Part shown: piece by piece, positions 1 through 10,105 of the stretch
How positions within the stretch are numbered: the stretch's first letter is position 1
How the letters are laid out: the number at the start of each line of letters is the position of its first letter
Source of the DNA: Candidatus Hodarchaeota archaeon
Lineage (GTDB): Archaea; Asgardarchaeota; Heimdallarchaeia; Hodarchaeales; Hodarchaeaceae
DNA length: 64,000 nucleotides
Assembly (NCBI GenBank): GCA_016840035.1
Contig: JAEOTC010000121.1
Location: 33,962 to 97,961, forward strand
Direction: 5' to 3'
Position numbers and translations under genes: made by a program
Notes under the pieces: generated by a model
The model's input: the letters and a program-made list of their open reading frames with translations, nothing else
What the model was told of the DNA's origin: nothing
Databases searched by the model: none

Positions 1-142
1 GAAATATTGATGAAAAGGGTATGGATGGCTTCCAATGGTTGTGATAAGTCAAATCTGGATTCAACACCTAAACTGTACTCAGATAATCGGTCACTGTCAT
101 CTTAGAACGGGAAGTGAACTTGACCCTTTCTTAGGAGGAAGT

Positions 143-913
143 ATGTTTACTGCTTTGGAAGCTACTTTAGCAGATATTGAGCAAGAATTTAATTACACAA
201 TGAGTGGATTTTATGGATATAGAATCCCTGAAATCGAAGGGATGGGACTATTTACGGTTTCAGATAAAAATTTTAGAGTATATTTCTTATGTGAAGGGTT
301 ATACACCAAGGGGATTCCATATTTGGCAGGGAAAGCAATTTCTAGTAAGGTAAAGATGCTTTTTGATCATCTTCAAGATAAATCGTATGCAACTTCCTGT
401 ACACTAGCTCACAAATTGGAACAAGGGTCATATTGGTTTGATCTGATGTGTTCTGTAGGATTTGGAGGAGAAATTTCAGTTGAAATGATCGATGAGATTT
501 ACCCCTTGAGAAGCGTTACGATTCATACTAAATCTCATCTACAAACAAATTTTACCAAGATTTTTCAGCTAGAATCTTCTCTATTAGGTTCGTTAGGGTA
601 TGGATGGAAAGAGAGAGATGATATGATTGCTTCAAAAATTGAAGGAATTTTTAGAGAACCAGAGCGAAGCTACCTGTTTTATGTGACTATATTCAAGCAG
701 ATACGAGAATTCATACCTGCTTTCGAACCAAATACAGTTATCTTAACTTACCAACCTTCTGCAAGTTCAAGAACTGAGAATGCTCTTGTGGCATTTCTGT
801 CTGCAAGAGGTGATTCACTTGATATTCGATATTGTATACCTGTAGTGAAGAGTTCGGGACTCGAAGGAACACCAACCAATCTCTTTTTACAAAACTTATT
901 CCTGGATTCCTAA
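143..913 (+). CDS. hypothetical protein; longest ORF begins at 35, ATG at 143 preferred
   Basis: Long ORF ending at 913. The ATG at 143 is preceded by AGGAGG (134-139). No recognisable catalytic motif. The true N-terminus may lie upstream of the window. Confidence 0.45.
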   Translation: MFTALEATLADIEQEFNYTMSGFYGYRIPEIEGMGLFTVSDKNFRVYFLCEGLYTKGIPYLAGKAISSKVKMLFDHLQDKSYATSCTLAHKLEQGSYWFDLMCSVGFGGEISVEMIDEIYPLRSVTIHTKSHLQTNFTKIFQLESSLLGSLGYGWKERDDMIASKIEGIFREPERSYLFYVTIFKQIREFIPAFEPNTVILTYQPSASSRTENALVAFLSARGDSLDIRYCIPVVKSSGLEGTPTNLFLQNLFLDS

Positions 914-935
914 TAAGTATCCTCTGTGGAGTATT

Positions 936-1688
936 TTATGGATTTCCAAGGATTAGATTGAACAGCTTCAAGTAATCTTTTAATTGATACTTATAACCTC
1001 GACTAAGAGAAAGGTCAATAAAATCATCGTATTCAAAATCATGGATAAAATCTCTAATATCCGAACAAATTGAGAAGTGGGGCTGTTGTTTAAGTGAAGA
1101 AATCCAATAAGAAGAATGTATTATCTCTGGGACTAACAAAACAACCCTAGGTATATCAACCGCAATGGGAACAGAAGTTTTTTTCTCAACCAATTTGATT
1201 AGATTCTTTGCTGTTTCCTTTAGTTGCTTTTCTGAATTTCCCTTTACTGCTAATACGTTCATACATTCAAGGTATGAGTAATAATCATCGAACTCCCTCC
1301 CATGCTTTGAATGGAATTTTTCAACAATCCCCTGTTTTTGAAGAAAATTATAGGAGATGATATGAATCGTTAATTCTACTGAATGAGAATTAATTAGCTT
1401 TTCTAAGTCGGTTGACCACCCAAATCTTTCTTTGACACGTGTTTCGATGTCTTTATCAAAATCGTATCCGTAAAAGGTACTATGTGGAGTAAACCACATA
1501 GTTGAATCGTCTTTTCCCATCTGAGTATGCTCCATGTCAATGAAACATATTTTGAGCTTCTTACGGGCAGGTGGACTCTCATCCATTTCCATTCTCTCAC
1601 TCATAGTATTTTTTACATAGTTATAACTTAATTTGTAAGACTTCTCTTTGCCATAAGAAGCATACTTATATTTATCAAACTGTAACAT
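936..1688 (-). CDS. hypothetical protein
   Basis: 250-aa ORF on the minus strand, acidic C-terminal half. No motif recognised by eye. An internal ATG (MSERMEMD...) is an alternative start. Confidence 0.45.
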   Translation of the reverse strand: MLQFDKYKYASYGKEKSYKLSYNYVKNTMSERMEMDESPPARKKLKICFIDMEHTQMGKDDSTMWFTPHSTFYGYDFDKDIETRVKERFGWSTDLEKLINSHSVELTIHIISYNFLQKQGIVEKFHSKHGREFDDYYSYLECMNVLAVKGNSEKQLKETAKNLIKLVEKKTSVPIAVDIPRVVLLVPEIIHSSYWISSLKQQPHFSICSDIRDFIHDFEYDDFIDLSLSRGYKYQLKDYLKLFNLILGNP

Positions 1689-1758
1689 ACATACAGAACT
1701 ATTTCAGATATTATCTAAACCCAATTTCAAACGCCGTAAATTGAAGGTATCAGTGACA

Positions 1759-3057
1759 ATGGACACAGAAAACACAGTGAATTCTTCTTTTGAATCCTTG
1801 GAAAACTCAAATGAAACATCAAATCTTTCAGGTTATCTATTAATTTGGATAGGACAATTAATATCAATTTTAGGATCAGGTATTGTACAATTCGCCATAA
1901 TATGGTGGTTAACTGAAGAAACTGGTAGTACATTTGTGCTCGCACTAGCAACTTTTGTAGGATTAGTACCCATGGTACTTATTGGTCCGTTTTCAGGAGT
2001 ATTAGCAGATAGATGGTCAAGAAAAAAAATTCTACTAGCAACTGATTTTTTCCAAGCTTTTGCTACAATAGGCCTTATTATCCTCTTTTGGTTGAATATT
2101 GCTGAAGTTTGGCATGTCCTCGTGTTAATTGCAATACGAGGGTCTTTTCAAGCGTTTCAAATGCCAGCAAGTGTTTCTATTGTCCCTCAAATGGTACCAA
2201 AAACTCAATTGACTCGAATTAATGGTTTAGGACAAATTTTCAATAATTTAATTTTCATAGTGAGTCCTGTCTTGGGAGCTATCATCCTAGAATACTATAC
2301 TATTAATGTCATACTATGGGTTGATGTTATTACTTTTTTTATTGCAGTATTCACGCTTATTCTTGTAACAATACCGCCCATAATTGCACGATCACAAGAA
2401 GGAGCTAAACCTGAAAGTGCTTCATTCAAAGACCAATTTTTCGAAACATTTCACTATTTGAAGGAACATGGATGGTTACCGCTCATCTTTGGTTTTACCC
2501 TTGGGAATATCTTAATTAATCCATTGTTTAGCTTACTGCCATTATACATTAAGGAGGTGCATCTAGGAGGTGCATTTGAGCTCGCTATTATCATTGGTGT
2601 TTTTCAGGTAGGAAGTTTAGTAGCGTCATTCTTGATTGCAGTAAGTAATTTCTCACCAAAAGTTAGCACAATTGTTGGATTTGTTTTCTCAGCTTTTGTT
2701 GGATTATTTGTAATGGCATTGGCCCCTAAGGGTATCTTCGAAGTAATGGTTATAGGGGCATTAGTAATTGGATTTTCTGTCGCATTCATTGATGTAGGGA
2801 TCATAACTTTGCTTCAAGTGCATATACCACAGGAATTGCATGGTAGGATATTTTCGATCACTTTTACCTTAGTTAAATCTGTTTTACCAATAGCATTACT
2901 CTTCATTGGAGGTATTGCAGAATTTATTCCATTAAAAATCATCTATCTAACTTGTCCAGTTTTAGGTGTCTTTTTAATCATTTATTTAACCTTTATAGCA
3001 AATGTTTCATCACTAGACACAAAATTAGCTGAATCTGTTCTCACTTCGCAAACATAA
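1759..3057 (+). CDS. MFS-family transporter, 12 TM
   Basis: About 12 hydrophobic helices. The loop between TM2 and TM3 reads G..ADRWSRKK, the typical MFS signature. The ORF opens with TTG at 1741; the first ATG is at 1759. Confidence 0.85.
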   Translation: MDTENTVNSSFESLENSNETSNLSGYLLIWIGQLISILGSGIVQFAIIWWLTEETGSTFVLALATFVGLVPMVLIGPFSGVLADRWSRKKILLATDFFQAFATIGLIILFWLNIAEVWHVLVLIAIRGSFQAFQMPASVSIVPQMVPKTQLTRINGLGQIFNNLIFIVSPVLGAIILEYYTINVILWVDVITFFIAVFTLILVTIPPIIARSQEGAKPESASFKDQFFETFHYLKEHGWLPLIFGFTLGNILINPLFSLLPLYIKEVHLGGAFELAIIIGVFQVGSLVASFLIAVSNFSPKVSTIVGFVFSAFVGLFVMALAPKGIFEVMVIGALVIGFSVAFIDVGIITLLQVHIPQELHGRIFSITFTLVKSVLPIALLFIGGIAEFIPLKIIYLTCPVLGVFLIIYLTFIANVSSLDTKLAESVLTSQT

Positions 3058-3181
3058 CATTTAATCCATCATTCTCCTCCCTTTTTACTTACTACTTCAG
3101 GGAAATTACATTTATTTAACTTAAGGGGTAAGTTAACACCAACAGATTATCATCCCAACCAGTATCTTGAGCGTTTGCTGT

Positions 3182-4099
3182 ATGCCATCTGACCTCTCCT
3201 ATAAGTTTATCCGTCGTTTAGTCAAATTTAGTGCCAGAATCGGGTACAGACTAGAGGTAAAGGGAAGTGAGAATCTCGCGAATCATCTTGATGGATTGGG
3301 TGACGGAGTCATCTTTGCAGCTAATCATGAAAGTGTCATCGACGCGTTTCTCATGGGATTAATTGTACCACCAGAAATATCTCGAGTCTTTTTCCTTGGA
3401 AAACAATCTGCCCTCTGGAGAAACCAAATCTGGGGAACAATGATGGATTATTTCGGAGTTATTCCTGTTCAAAAGAAAAATAATGATGAAGCTATTCGTA
3501 GAGGTTTAGAGGTACTGCATAAAAACCAAGCATTAGGAATTTTTCCAGAAGGACATATCAGATATTCCCGTAAAACTCTTGATGGTAAAGTGGGAGTTGC
3601 TAGATTTGCTTTTGAAACTGAATCTCCAGTTGTTCCTGTAGGGATTGTAGGAACCGATGGTGTTCTTCCTTATGGAGGGAATTGGCCAAGTGCAGGAAAA
3701 AAGGTTACTCTTACTGTTGGTGAACCAATTTATCTGTCATATGATTTTGATAAGTCTGATATTTATAGCTTAGGTGCCTTACGTCAAGCCACTGACCTTG
3801 TTATGTATAATATTCGACATTTAAGTTCAGGTTATGGCGTCAATCCCCATGATGCCTCAAGTTTAAAGAGTATGAAGGGGGTTGATAAAATTCTAATACC
3901 ACGCAGAAGAATGCAAGTACTTCGTTCTCAACAGTTACTTCAAAGCCAGAAGAAAGATGTTGTGGATCATTTCACAGAGTGGATGTCTTCACTTGAAAAT
4001 GATTGGGAGAGAAATCCCGCAAATGAAGAAATCAGTCGGCCTATTCCGGCAAAAGGTGCTAGCGAAGAGTTTCTTGGATGGTTGAACGATCAATTATAA
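3182..4099 (+). CDS. lysophospholipid / 1-acyl-sn-glycerol-3-phosphate acyltransferase, PlsC/LPLAT family
   Basis: Acyltransferase motif I NHESVID (HX4D). Motif III is FPEG and motif IV is VPVGIVG. ORF opens with TTG at 3167; first ATG is at 3182. Confidence 0.8.
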   Translation: MPSDLSYKFIRRLVKFSARIGYRLEVKGSENLANHLDGLGDGVIFAANHESVIDAFLMGLIVPPEISRVFFLGKQSALWRNQIWGTMMDYFGVIPVQKKNNDEAIRRGLEVLHKNQALGIFPEGHIRYSRKTLDGKVGVARFAFETESPVVPVGIVGTDGVLPYGGNWPSAGKKVTLTVGEPIYLSYDFDKSDIYSLGALRQATDLVMYNIRHLSSGYGVNPHDASSLKSMKGVDKILIPRRRMQVLRSQQLLQSQKKDVVDHFTEWMSSLENDWERNPANEEISRPIPAKGASEEFLGWLNDQL

Positions 4100-4122
4100 G
4101 AAAACAATTTGGGGAGTTTAGC

Positions 4123-5178
4123 TTAGGAGTTAAATTGAGCATTTATTTGTTTTATCAAAGGCCTAAACCATGCAAGAAGAGTTAAATGACCACCAGGGTA
4201 ACGATATAGCTGTTTGTCCAGCAATCTTGCAAGTTTATAAACACGATTGAAGGGAACGATCCTATCATATAAACCTCCAATGATCACAGTATTCTCGTTG
4301 GTTGTAAACGGATAGAAAGATTTTATATTAGTTGGATATAAGATTTTATAACCAGAGCTTAGACCTTGCTCCTTATACTGTTGAATATAATTATTTGCGA
4401 TTGGTACAATCTTGGTTTTTGAAGCAAGACCAAAAAGAAAAGGACTAGCTAAGGCTGCTATACAATCAATACCTGAAAGAACTTGAGAAGAAAGGGCAAC
4501 AAGGTGACCCCCAAGAGATACACCGAAAAGTATCACACGATCGTACTCCTTCTTTAGATACTTGATTAGGAATTGAATCTCGATAATAGATTGATTAAAT
4601 GCCTCAAACATCCTAATAGGGTTACCATTTATAAAATATGCACCAGAAAAGGGAGAATCATAAGGAACGCGATGATGATGGTATGGTAATTCTAAAGCAA
4701 AAATATCACTTTTGAATTGATTGAAAATGAGACGAAAGTAAAATTGTTCATGAAATATAAAATGCGATTCTGCATAACCATGAATGAAAAGAAAAGCTGT
4801 TTTCAACGGTTTAGATTTCTTTTTTCGATATTTATGTATTATAATTTGTTTAAGGGGATCGAATTTAGAGTCATTAAATACTTCATTGGATATTGGTTGA
4901 TAAGGAGTATATACGGATCCAATCGATTCATGAAATAACCCTCGTTTAACTGTATCTTTCCAAAGGATCTCTCTATCATTTGAGTTCTTTAGAGTGAATA
5001 TCTTACGTGGATTCTTCTTGTAAAAGGGTAAATATTCTTGGATTAAGCTATCATTAAGCAGAAAATCTTCTAAATATCCATTATTTCGGTATTGAAAATA
5101 GGATATGACCGGATATTCAAGTAAATCAGATGGAACAATCTGGAATGTCTCAAAAAGTTGTTTAATGATTGCACTCAA
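4123..5178 (-). CDS. alpha/beta-hydrolase fold protein
   Basis: Contains FIHGY..., a nucleophile elbow GVSLGG (GxSxG), and downstream His/Asp candidates. Confidence 0.7.
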   Translation of the reverse strand: MSAIIKQLFETFQIVPSDLLEYPVISYFQYRNNGYLEDFLLNDSLIQEYLPFYKKNPRKIFTLKNSNDREILWKDTVKRGLFHESIGSVYTPYQPISNEVFNDSKFDPLKQIIIHKYRKKKSKPLKTAFLFIHGYAESHFIFHEQFYFRLIFNQFKSDIFALELPYHHHRVPYDSPFSGAYFINGNPIRMFEAFNQSIIEIQFLIKYLKKEYDRVILFGVSLGGHLVALSSQVLSGIDCIAALASPFLFGLASKTKIVPIANNYIQQYKEQGLSSGYKILYPTNIKSFYPFTTNENTVIIGGLYDRIVPFNRVYKLARLLDKQLYRYPGGHLTLLAWFRPLIKQINAQFNS

Positions 5179-5278
5179 GAAAATCTGTCCCTGATTGTAT
5201 TTAACAATCTTAGAAATTCTTTATTTAAAAACTACTATATTTGAATCTCATTCAACTTGACAGGACGTTCTGAATCAC

Positions 5279-6142
5279 CTACATTCTCTTTTTGAGAAAA
5301 GTGCCGTTCCGATACTCTTCAAATGCTATTCGTAGCTCTTCTTCTGTATTCATAACAATGGGGCCAGCCCATGCAATAGGTTCATTTATCGGCTTTCCTG
5401 AAATTAATAGGAAGCGTACTCCAGTATCCTCATTTGTTGTAACTTGTACAGTTTCTCCTTCTCTTTTGAATATAACTAAATTGTCTTGCTTCGTATATTC
5501 CTGACTATTAGGAGTAAATCGTCCTTTTCCCTCGAAAATATAAGCAAAAACCGTGTATCCATCATTAACTCCATGTTTAAAGGTTACTCCAGGGGGAATT
5601 TCAACATCTAGATAATGAGGTTCTGTAATGATCTCTTTTACTGGGCCTTCGGTTTCTTTATAGTGGCCAGCAAGTACACGTACTTGAGTACCATCTTCTT
5701 CATTTATTACAGGAATGCTAGATGCGTGGATATCTTGGTATCGCGGATCGATTAGTTTTGATACTCTTGGGAGGTTTACCCATAACTGAAATCCTGATAG
5801 CTTTCCTTTTGTTTGTTGGGGCATCTCTTCATGAATAATACCGCTTCCAGCAGTCATCCATTGAATATCACCTTCACTTAAAGCTCCTGAGTTTCCAAGA
5901 CTGTCTTTATGCATGATTAAACCTTCTCGCATGTAAGTAACAGTCTCAATTCCGCGATGAGGATGCCAAGGAAACCCCGCTATGTAATCATTGGGATTGT
6001 CAGATCCAAATGCATCAAGAAGTAAGAAAGGATCGAGTAATTTCGTCTCTTGATGGCTGAAAACCCTTTTTAATTTAACACCCGCCCCATCCATGGTAGG
6101 AATACTTGATTGAATTTTATCAATAGTTCGAAATCTAATCAT
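5279..6142 (-). CDS. pirin-family bicupin protein
   Basis: FPWHPHRGIETVTYMREG ... QWMTAGSGIIHEE matches the pirin N-terminal cupin metal site (HxH...H...E). Confidence 0.85.
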   Translation of the reverse strand: MIRFRTIDKIQSSIPTMDGAGVKLKRVFSHQETKLLDPFLLLDAFGSDNPNDYIAGFPWHPHRGIETVTYMREGLIMHKDSLGNSGALSEGDIQWMTAGSGIIHEEMPQQTKGKLSGFQLWVNLPRVSKLIDPRYQDIHASSIPVINEEDGTQVRVLAGHYKETEGPVKEIITEPHYLDVEIPPGVTFKHGVNDGYTVFAYIFEGKGRFTPNSQEYTKQDNLVIFKREGETVQVTTNEDTGVRFLLISGKPINEPIAWAGPIVMNTEEELRIAFEEYRNGTFLKKRM

Positions 6143-6345
6143 AAGAAGAAGAGATTCTTGGATTCATTTAAGCTTCTCTCTGATAAAATCACAATTTAGG
6201 ATTTCAAAAAATCGAAAGAAGTAAGTTATTCGAACCTAGATACCCCTAGAAGATGGATAGTAATACAAATTCATGGATTGAATTAACTGCTCTCTAAAAT
6301 CTCAGAGAGACAATAAATGAATAAATAAAATGTGAGGGGGAGTAT

Positions 6346-6618
6346 TCACATCTTAGATGCTGCTAATCTAATATCATCACTCTTTACAGTTTTACGACCA
6401 GAGTTATTGCAAATTTCAACAGCATACTTTGACAGTTTTAAGCTGTGTTCGGTCAGAACTGTATTAAGTGCGTCTACTGCATCAGCGGAAACTCGGAATG
6501 CACCTGCATCACGAATTAATCTTTCAACTCTAGCACTAGCAAATCCACCAGCTCCAGAGCTTGATTTCTTTGCGGGTGCGGCTTTTTTGACTTTTTTAGC
6601 GACTTTCTTCTTAGCCAT
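6346..6618 (-). CDS. archaeal histone-fold protein with lysine-rich N-terminal tail
   Basis: Core RVERLIRDAGAFRVSADAVDALNTVL...AVEICNNSGRKTVKSDDIRLA aligns to HMfB-type archaeal histones (DAGAERVS...GRKTIKAEDI.LA). It is preceded by a 28-aa tail MAKKKVAKKVKKAAPAKKSSSGAGG. ATG at 6618; the ORF track extends to a TTG at 6627. Confidence 0.9.
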   Translation of the reverse strand: MAKKKVAKKVKKAAPAKKSSSGAGGFASARVERLIRDAGAFRVSADAVDALNTVLTEHSLKLSKYAVEICNNSGRKTVKSDDIRLAASKM

Positions 6619-6689
6619 ATTTTTCAATTCCTTTTCTCTTAAGGTAAGTTTAGTAACTTGTCGTGAGTTCTACATAAGGAACTATTCCC

Positions 6690-6697
6690 TTTAAAAA
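6690..6697 (-). promoter_or_regulatory. putative TATA box upstream of histone gene
   Basis: TTTTTAAA read on the minus strand, about 70 nt upstream of the histone ATG. AT-rich context, so weak. Confidence 0.25.
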
Positions 6698-7072
6698 CTT
6701 ATTCCATTATATCCGGTGCATTCTAGAAAGCTAACCTCAGACAACAATCATCTGAGGGAACATGAACAATTAGAGATATAGCTAGAGGAGGGAAGCTAGA
6801 ACTTTCAACTATCTCGGAAAATATGAGAAACCTGATAAAGGTACTACTTGATTATGACCAAAGAGATTCTCATATTCAGATATAGATTTTCATGAATAAG
6901 GACAATCACTCTTAGCCAATTTAAAAGAAATATAAAAATATTGATTCTCAACAGATTATATGAAGTTTAAAGCGCTATGCTTGTCTAATTTTGAATAAAT
7001 TTGCCATTTAAAAAAAAGAATTATGAAATAGGACAAGGAGTTAAAATAAATTTCAAAATAAGAAAATGGTAA

Positions 7073-8005
7073 ATGCTCTGCGAAAATATGAAATACTCCT
7101 CTGAACAAGATGGTGAGTGGAGATTATATCCAGTGAAAACGAAATTCTATACAGATCTAAATGTATTTTATCAACATGTTATCTCATTTCTGCTTAACCA
7201 TGAAGCGGAGAATAATCTCCTTTTAGGAATCCTAAATACTTTGAAAAAAGATATTGCTACTTATAGTAAGGAAAATCCCCCTATTTTTATTTCAGTAGAA
7301 TCGGAAGATATGATTGAATTAGTTTCTATAAGGACTCCACCTTATAATCAACTTATATCATATACCAAGGATTTGAAAATGATAGATAGATTGGTAGAAG
7401 AGCTCAACAGGAAGAAAATGAAAGTTCCGGGAGTTTTAGGTTTTAAGGAAGGTGCCTTAAGATTTGCAGAGAAGTGGTGTGAACTACATAGTCTGGAATT
7501 TAAGCTGGAAGTTAATGAAAGGATCTATAGGCTAGAACAGGTGAATCCAGAAACACTCGGAACAAATCAAGTTGAACTAGCAACAGATGAAGATGAGACT
7601 ATTATTTTAGAAATGTCTAAGGGTTTTTTCTTTGAAGCCCTTCCTGAAGAGGCGATTGAAGTGACTGATCTTGAAGCTTCGCAGCAGAGGATGAAGAAAT
7701 CGTTACAAGATAAAATGATTTTCGTTTTAAAGGTTGGAGGGCAAATTGTATCTATGGTCAAACAGGGTCATCATACACCAAATGGCCAGATAATAAGCGC
7801 AGTTTATACACCTCCTCAAAAGCGTAGGAAAGGATATGCAACTGAACTCGTAGCTAAAGTGAGTCAAAAAACTCTCTCTAAAGGGAAAAAATATTGTTTT
7901 CTATTTACTGATCTCTCCAATCCTACATCAAATAAGATTTATCAAACAATAGGATATCGTCCGGTCACTGATATGGATTTATATCGTTTTCATGAAAGGA
8001 AATAA
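7073..8005 (+). CDS. GNAT-family N-acetyltransferase with N-terminal extension
   Basis: C-terminal region ...ISAVYTPPQKRRKGYATELVAKV... carries the acetyl-CoA binding motif (R/Q-x-x-G-x-A/G) of the GNAT fold. Confidence 0.6.
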   Translation: MLCENMKYSSEQDGEWRLYPVKTKFYTDLNVFYQHVISFLLNHEAENNLLLGILNTLKKDIATYSKENPPIFISVESEDMIELVSIRTPPYNQLISYTKDLKMIDRLVEELNRKKMKVPGVLGFKEGALRFAEKWCELHSLEFKLEVNERIYRLEQVNPETLGTNQVELATDEDETIILEMSKGFFFEALPEEAIEVTDLEASQQRMKKSLQDKMIFVLKVGGQIVSMVKQGHHTPNGQIISAVYTPPQKRRKGYATELVAKVSQKTLSKGKKYCFLFTDLSNPTSNKIYQTIGYRPVTDMDLYRFHERK

Positions 8006-8240
8006 GATGAAAAAGAAACAAAAGTGTGTAAAATGTGGAGGAGCTTACACAGTTAATGTTCCTAATAGTTTTTTCGAGAGGGAGGAACATCTAGTCATTA
8101 AATGCCCATATTGTAGCTCCATTACATCTATGATGATAGAAGATGGAAAATTGATTCCTGAATCCGAAGCAAGCACTTATCTAAGAAGTTTACCACAAAA
8201 ACAAGTCGAAACTGAACCTTGGGTTCAATTAATTAAATGA
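7992..8240 (+). CDS. small zinc-ribbon protein
   Basis: CVKCGG...x21...CPYCSS gives two CxxC pairs. Start may be the ATG at 8007. Confidence 0.4.
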   Translation: MKGNKMKKKQKCVKCGGAYTVNVPNSFFEREEHLVIKCPYCSSITSMMIEDGKLIPESEASTYLRSLPQKQVETEPWVQLIK

Positions 8241-8332
8241 GAATAATTTTCAACTATTCTGAAAGATCTGAGAAGTTAAACCTTCGTTTTTTATAAAAAA
8301 AGATTTTGAATTGACTTATAGTCAAAACAAAT

Positions 8333-10105
8333 CTAAGCAATGTCTCTTCTCGGGGTCCAATACTTTAAGACAGATATAAAGAAAATAATACTTACTACCC
8401 CAAATAGAATTGTTTCTGGAATTACTTGTTCTAGAAGAATATCATTCAAAAGAATTCCCGCCACATCAATGTAATAGAAGGGAGAAAGATACAATAACCA
8501 ATCCAATTCTTGATTTATATACCATATCATCGGTATGAAGAGCGCAATTAGAAAAGCACCAACTAGAGTTATTGGGATGTACTTTAAACGTGGAATAGAG
8601 GCAAATGCTACAAATAAAACAAGAAATAGACTATAACCGATCCCTAAAAATATAAAAGTTAATACAGTTGCCCAAAAATCAGTAATTACGATATCTGAGT
8701 AAGTACTCATAAGTATCTCACTACTATACATTGCAATAAAATTACAGATCAGGATGATCCATAAACATAGGATAGTGGCCATTGTTCTTTGGAACAAAAT
8801 TCGTGGACGTGTACGGGGCATAGACCAGGTAATTTCATCGTAACCAGCATTTTTATCACGTAAGACAATAGTATAGGTCATTATGAATAGAAATGGACCA
8901 TAGAAAATCCAATGGAGGGTGAAATACTTTAAAATTACAAATCCTGCAAAAGTTGGAGTCATTGAATGTCCAAAAGTAAAAGCTGCTAAGATAGGAGAAT
9001 CTAGCACAGCAGTCATTTCAGCAAATAGCAATGTCATTTCCTCGTCTCCAGGGTAATTTTGTGCGATTAATGCTTGCAAAATACTAGTTACAAATAAATA
9101 GATTAAGATAATTCCTGCAGTAGATTGGAGTTGATCTCTAAATGCCGGATATCTCCATCCAATTCGTGAAAGTATTGATTCAATTGGTGTTCGAAAAATA
9201 GAGATTTGTTTAATCTTAGTAATCAACTTATTTTGCCCATCTTCATCCCTTCCACTTTTAGTATGAGATGATCGTGTTTCAATGTAATCTGTTCGATATA
9301 AGAAGAAGAGGATTAGGGAGATCAAAATAACTCCTAGAAAAAGGCATTTAACAATATATTCTTCATTCCAAGTTCCTGCTAAACCATGTCGGAGGGAACC
9401 AATTTGAGACATGAGATTAAGATCATTTATAAATGCTAAGGCGTCAATTCGCTCGATTTCAGCATATAATAGATTTAATGTAAAAGAAACGATAAAGAAT
9501 ATACCACCAAAAGCGTATCCTGTTCTGGTAGAGCTTTTGATAGAGCTACCTAGTGTTGTTACCATTGTTACAATGAAAACAAAAAAAATAGGAAGAACAG
9601 AAGCGATTGTAAATGCAGACAAATTAGTACTGGTATCATTTGATATTAAGAGTCCAGCACTGATTAGATAAGCAGGAAGTATTGTAAGGGGTATTAAAAG
9701 ACAAATCATGATTAAATTTTCAATAAAGTTCCATAAAATTGATTTTTCAGTGCTAAAAATTAATTCTTTTCCATCTTTTTCATTGAAGGGTAACATCTTC
9801 ACTCCTAAAAAGATCCCTATAACTGGATAAAAATTTGTTAATGCGAAAGTAGAGAAGAACATTAATAACCATATCAACATACCATATTCACTCACATCTG
9901 CCACACCCATTAACATTTGAAATAAGGGTATTGAAACAAATGTTTGAACCGCTTCAGGACCTGGGTAAATAAATCCAAACAATAGAGATATTACTGTAAA
10001 GATTATTAATGCAAGAAAAAAATAACCTCTGTATCTCTTGAAGTTCAACCAATAACGCTGAACTATATACTTAATTATCAACGATTTCACCCTTTTTTCC
10101 TTCAT
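8333..10105 (-). CDS. ABC-2 type transporter permease, unusually large
   Basis: Polytopic membrane protein immediately downstream of, and overlapping, the ABC ATPase gene. The ORF track starts with TTG at 10150; first ATG is at 10105. Confidence 0.7.
   Translation of the reverse strand: MKEKRVKSLIIKYIVQRYWLNFKRYRGYFFLALIIFTVISLLFGFIYPGPEAVQTFVSIPLFQMLMGVADVSEYGMLIWLLMFFSTFALTNFYPVIGIFLGVKMLPFNEKDGKELIFSTEKSILWNFIENLIMICLLIPLTILPAYLISAGLLISNDTSTNLSAFTIASVLPIFFVFIVTMVTTLGSSIKSSTRTGYAFGGIFFIVSFTLNLLYAEIERIDALAFINDLNLMSQIGSLRHGLAGTWNEEYIVKCLFLGVILISLILFFLYRTDYIETRSSHTKSGRDEDGQNKLITKIKQISIFRTPIESILSRIGWRYPAFRDQLQSTAGIILIYLFVTSILQALIAQNYPGDEEMTLLFAEMTAVLDSPILAAFTFGHSMTPTFAGFVILKYFTLHWIFYGPFLFIMTYTIVLRDKNAGYDEITWSMPRTRPRILFQRTMATILCLWIILICNFIAMYSSEILMSTYSDIVITDFWATVLTFIFLGIGYSLFLVLFVAFASIPRLKYIPITLVGAFLIALFIPMIWYINQELDWLLYLSPFYYIDVAGILLNDILLEQVIPETILFGVVSIIFFISVLKYWTPRRDIA

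Noticed and set aside
6332-6694. 120-aa plus-strand ORF overlapping the histone gene
   Set aside because: Antisense to a strongly supported histone-fold CDS. Its Ala/Ser/Leu-rich translation is what an antisense frame of a K/A-rich gene produces.
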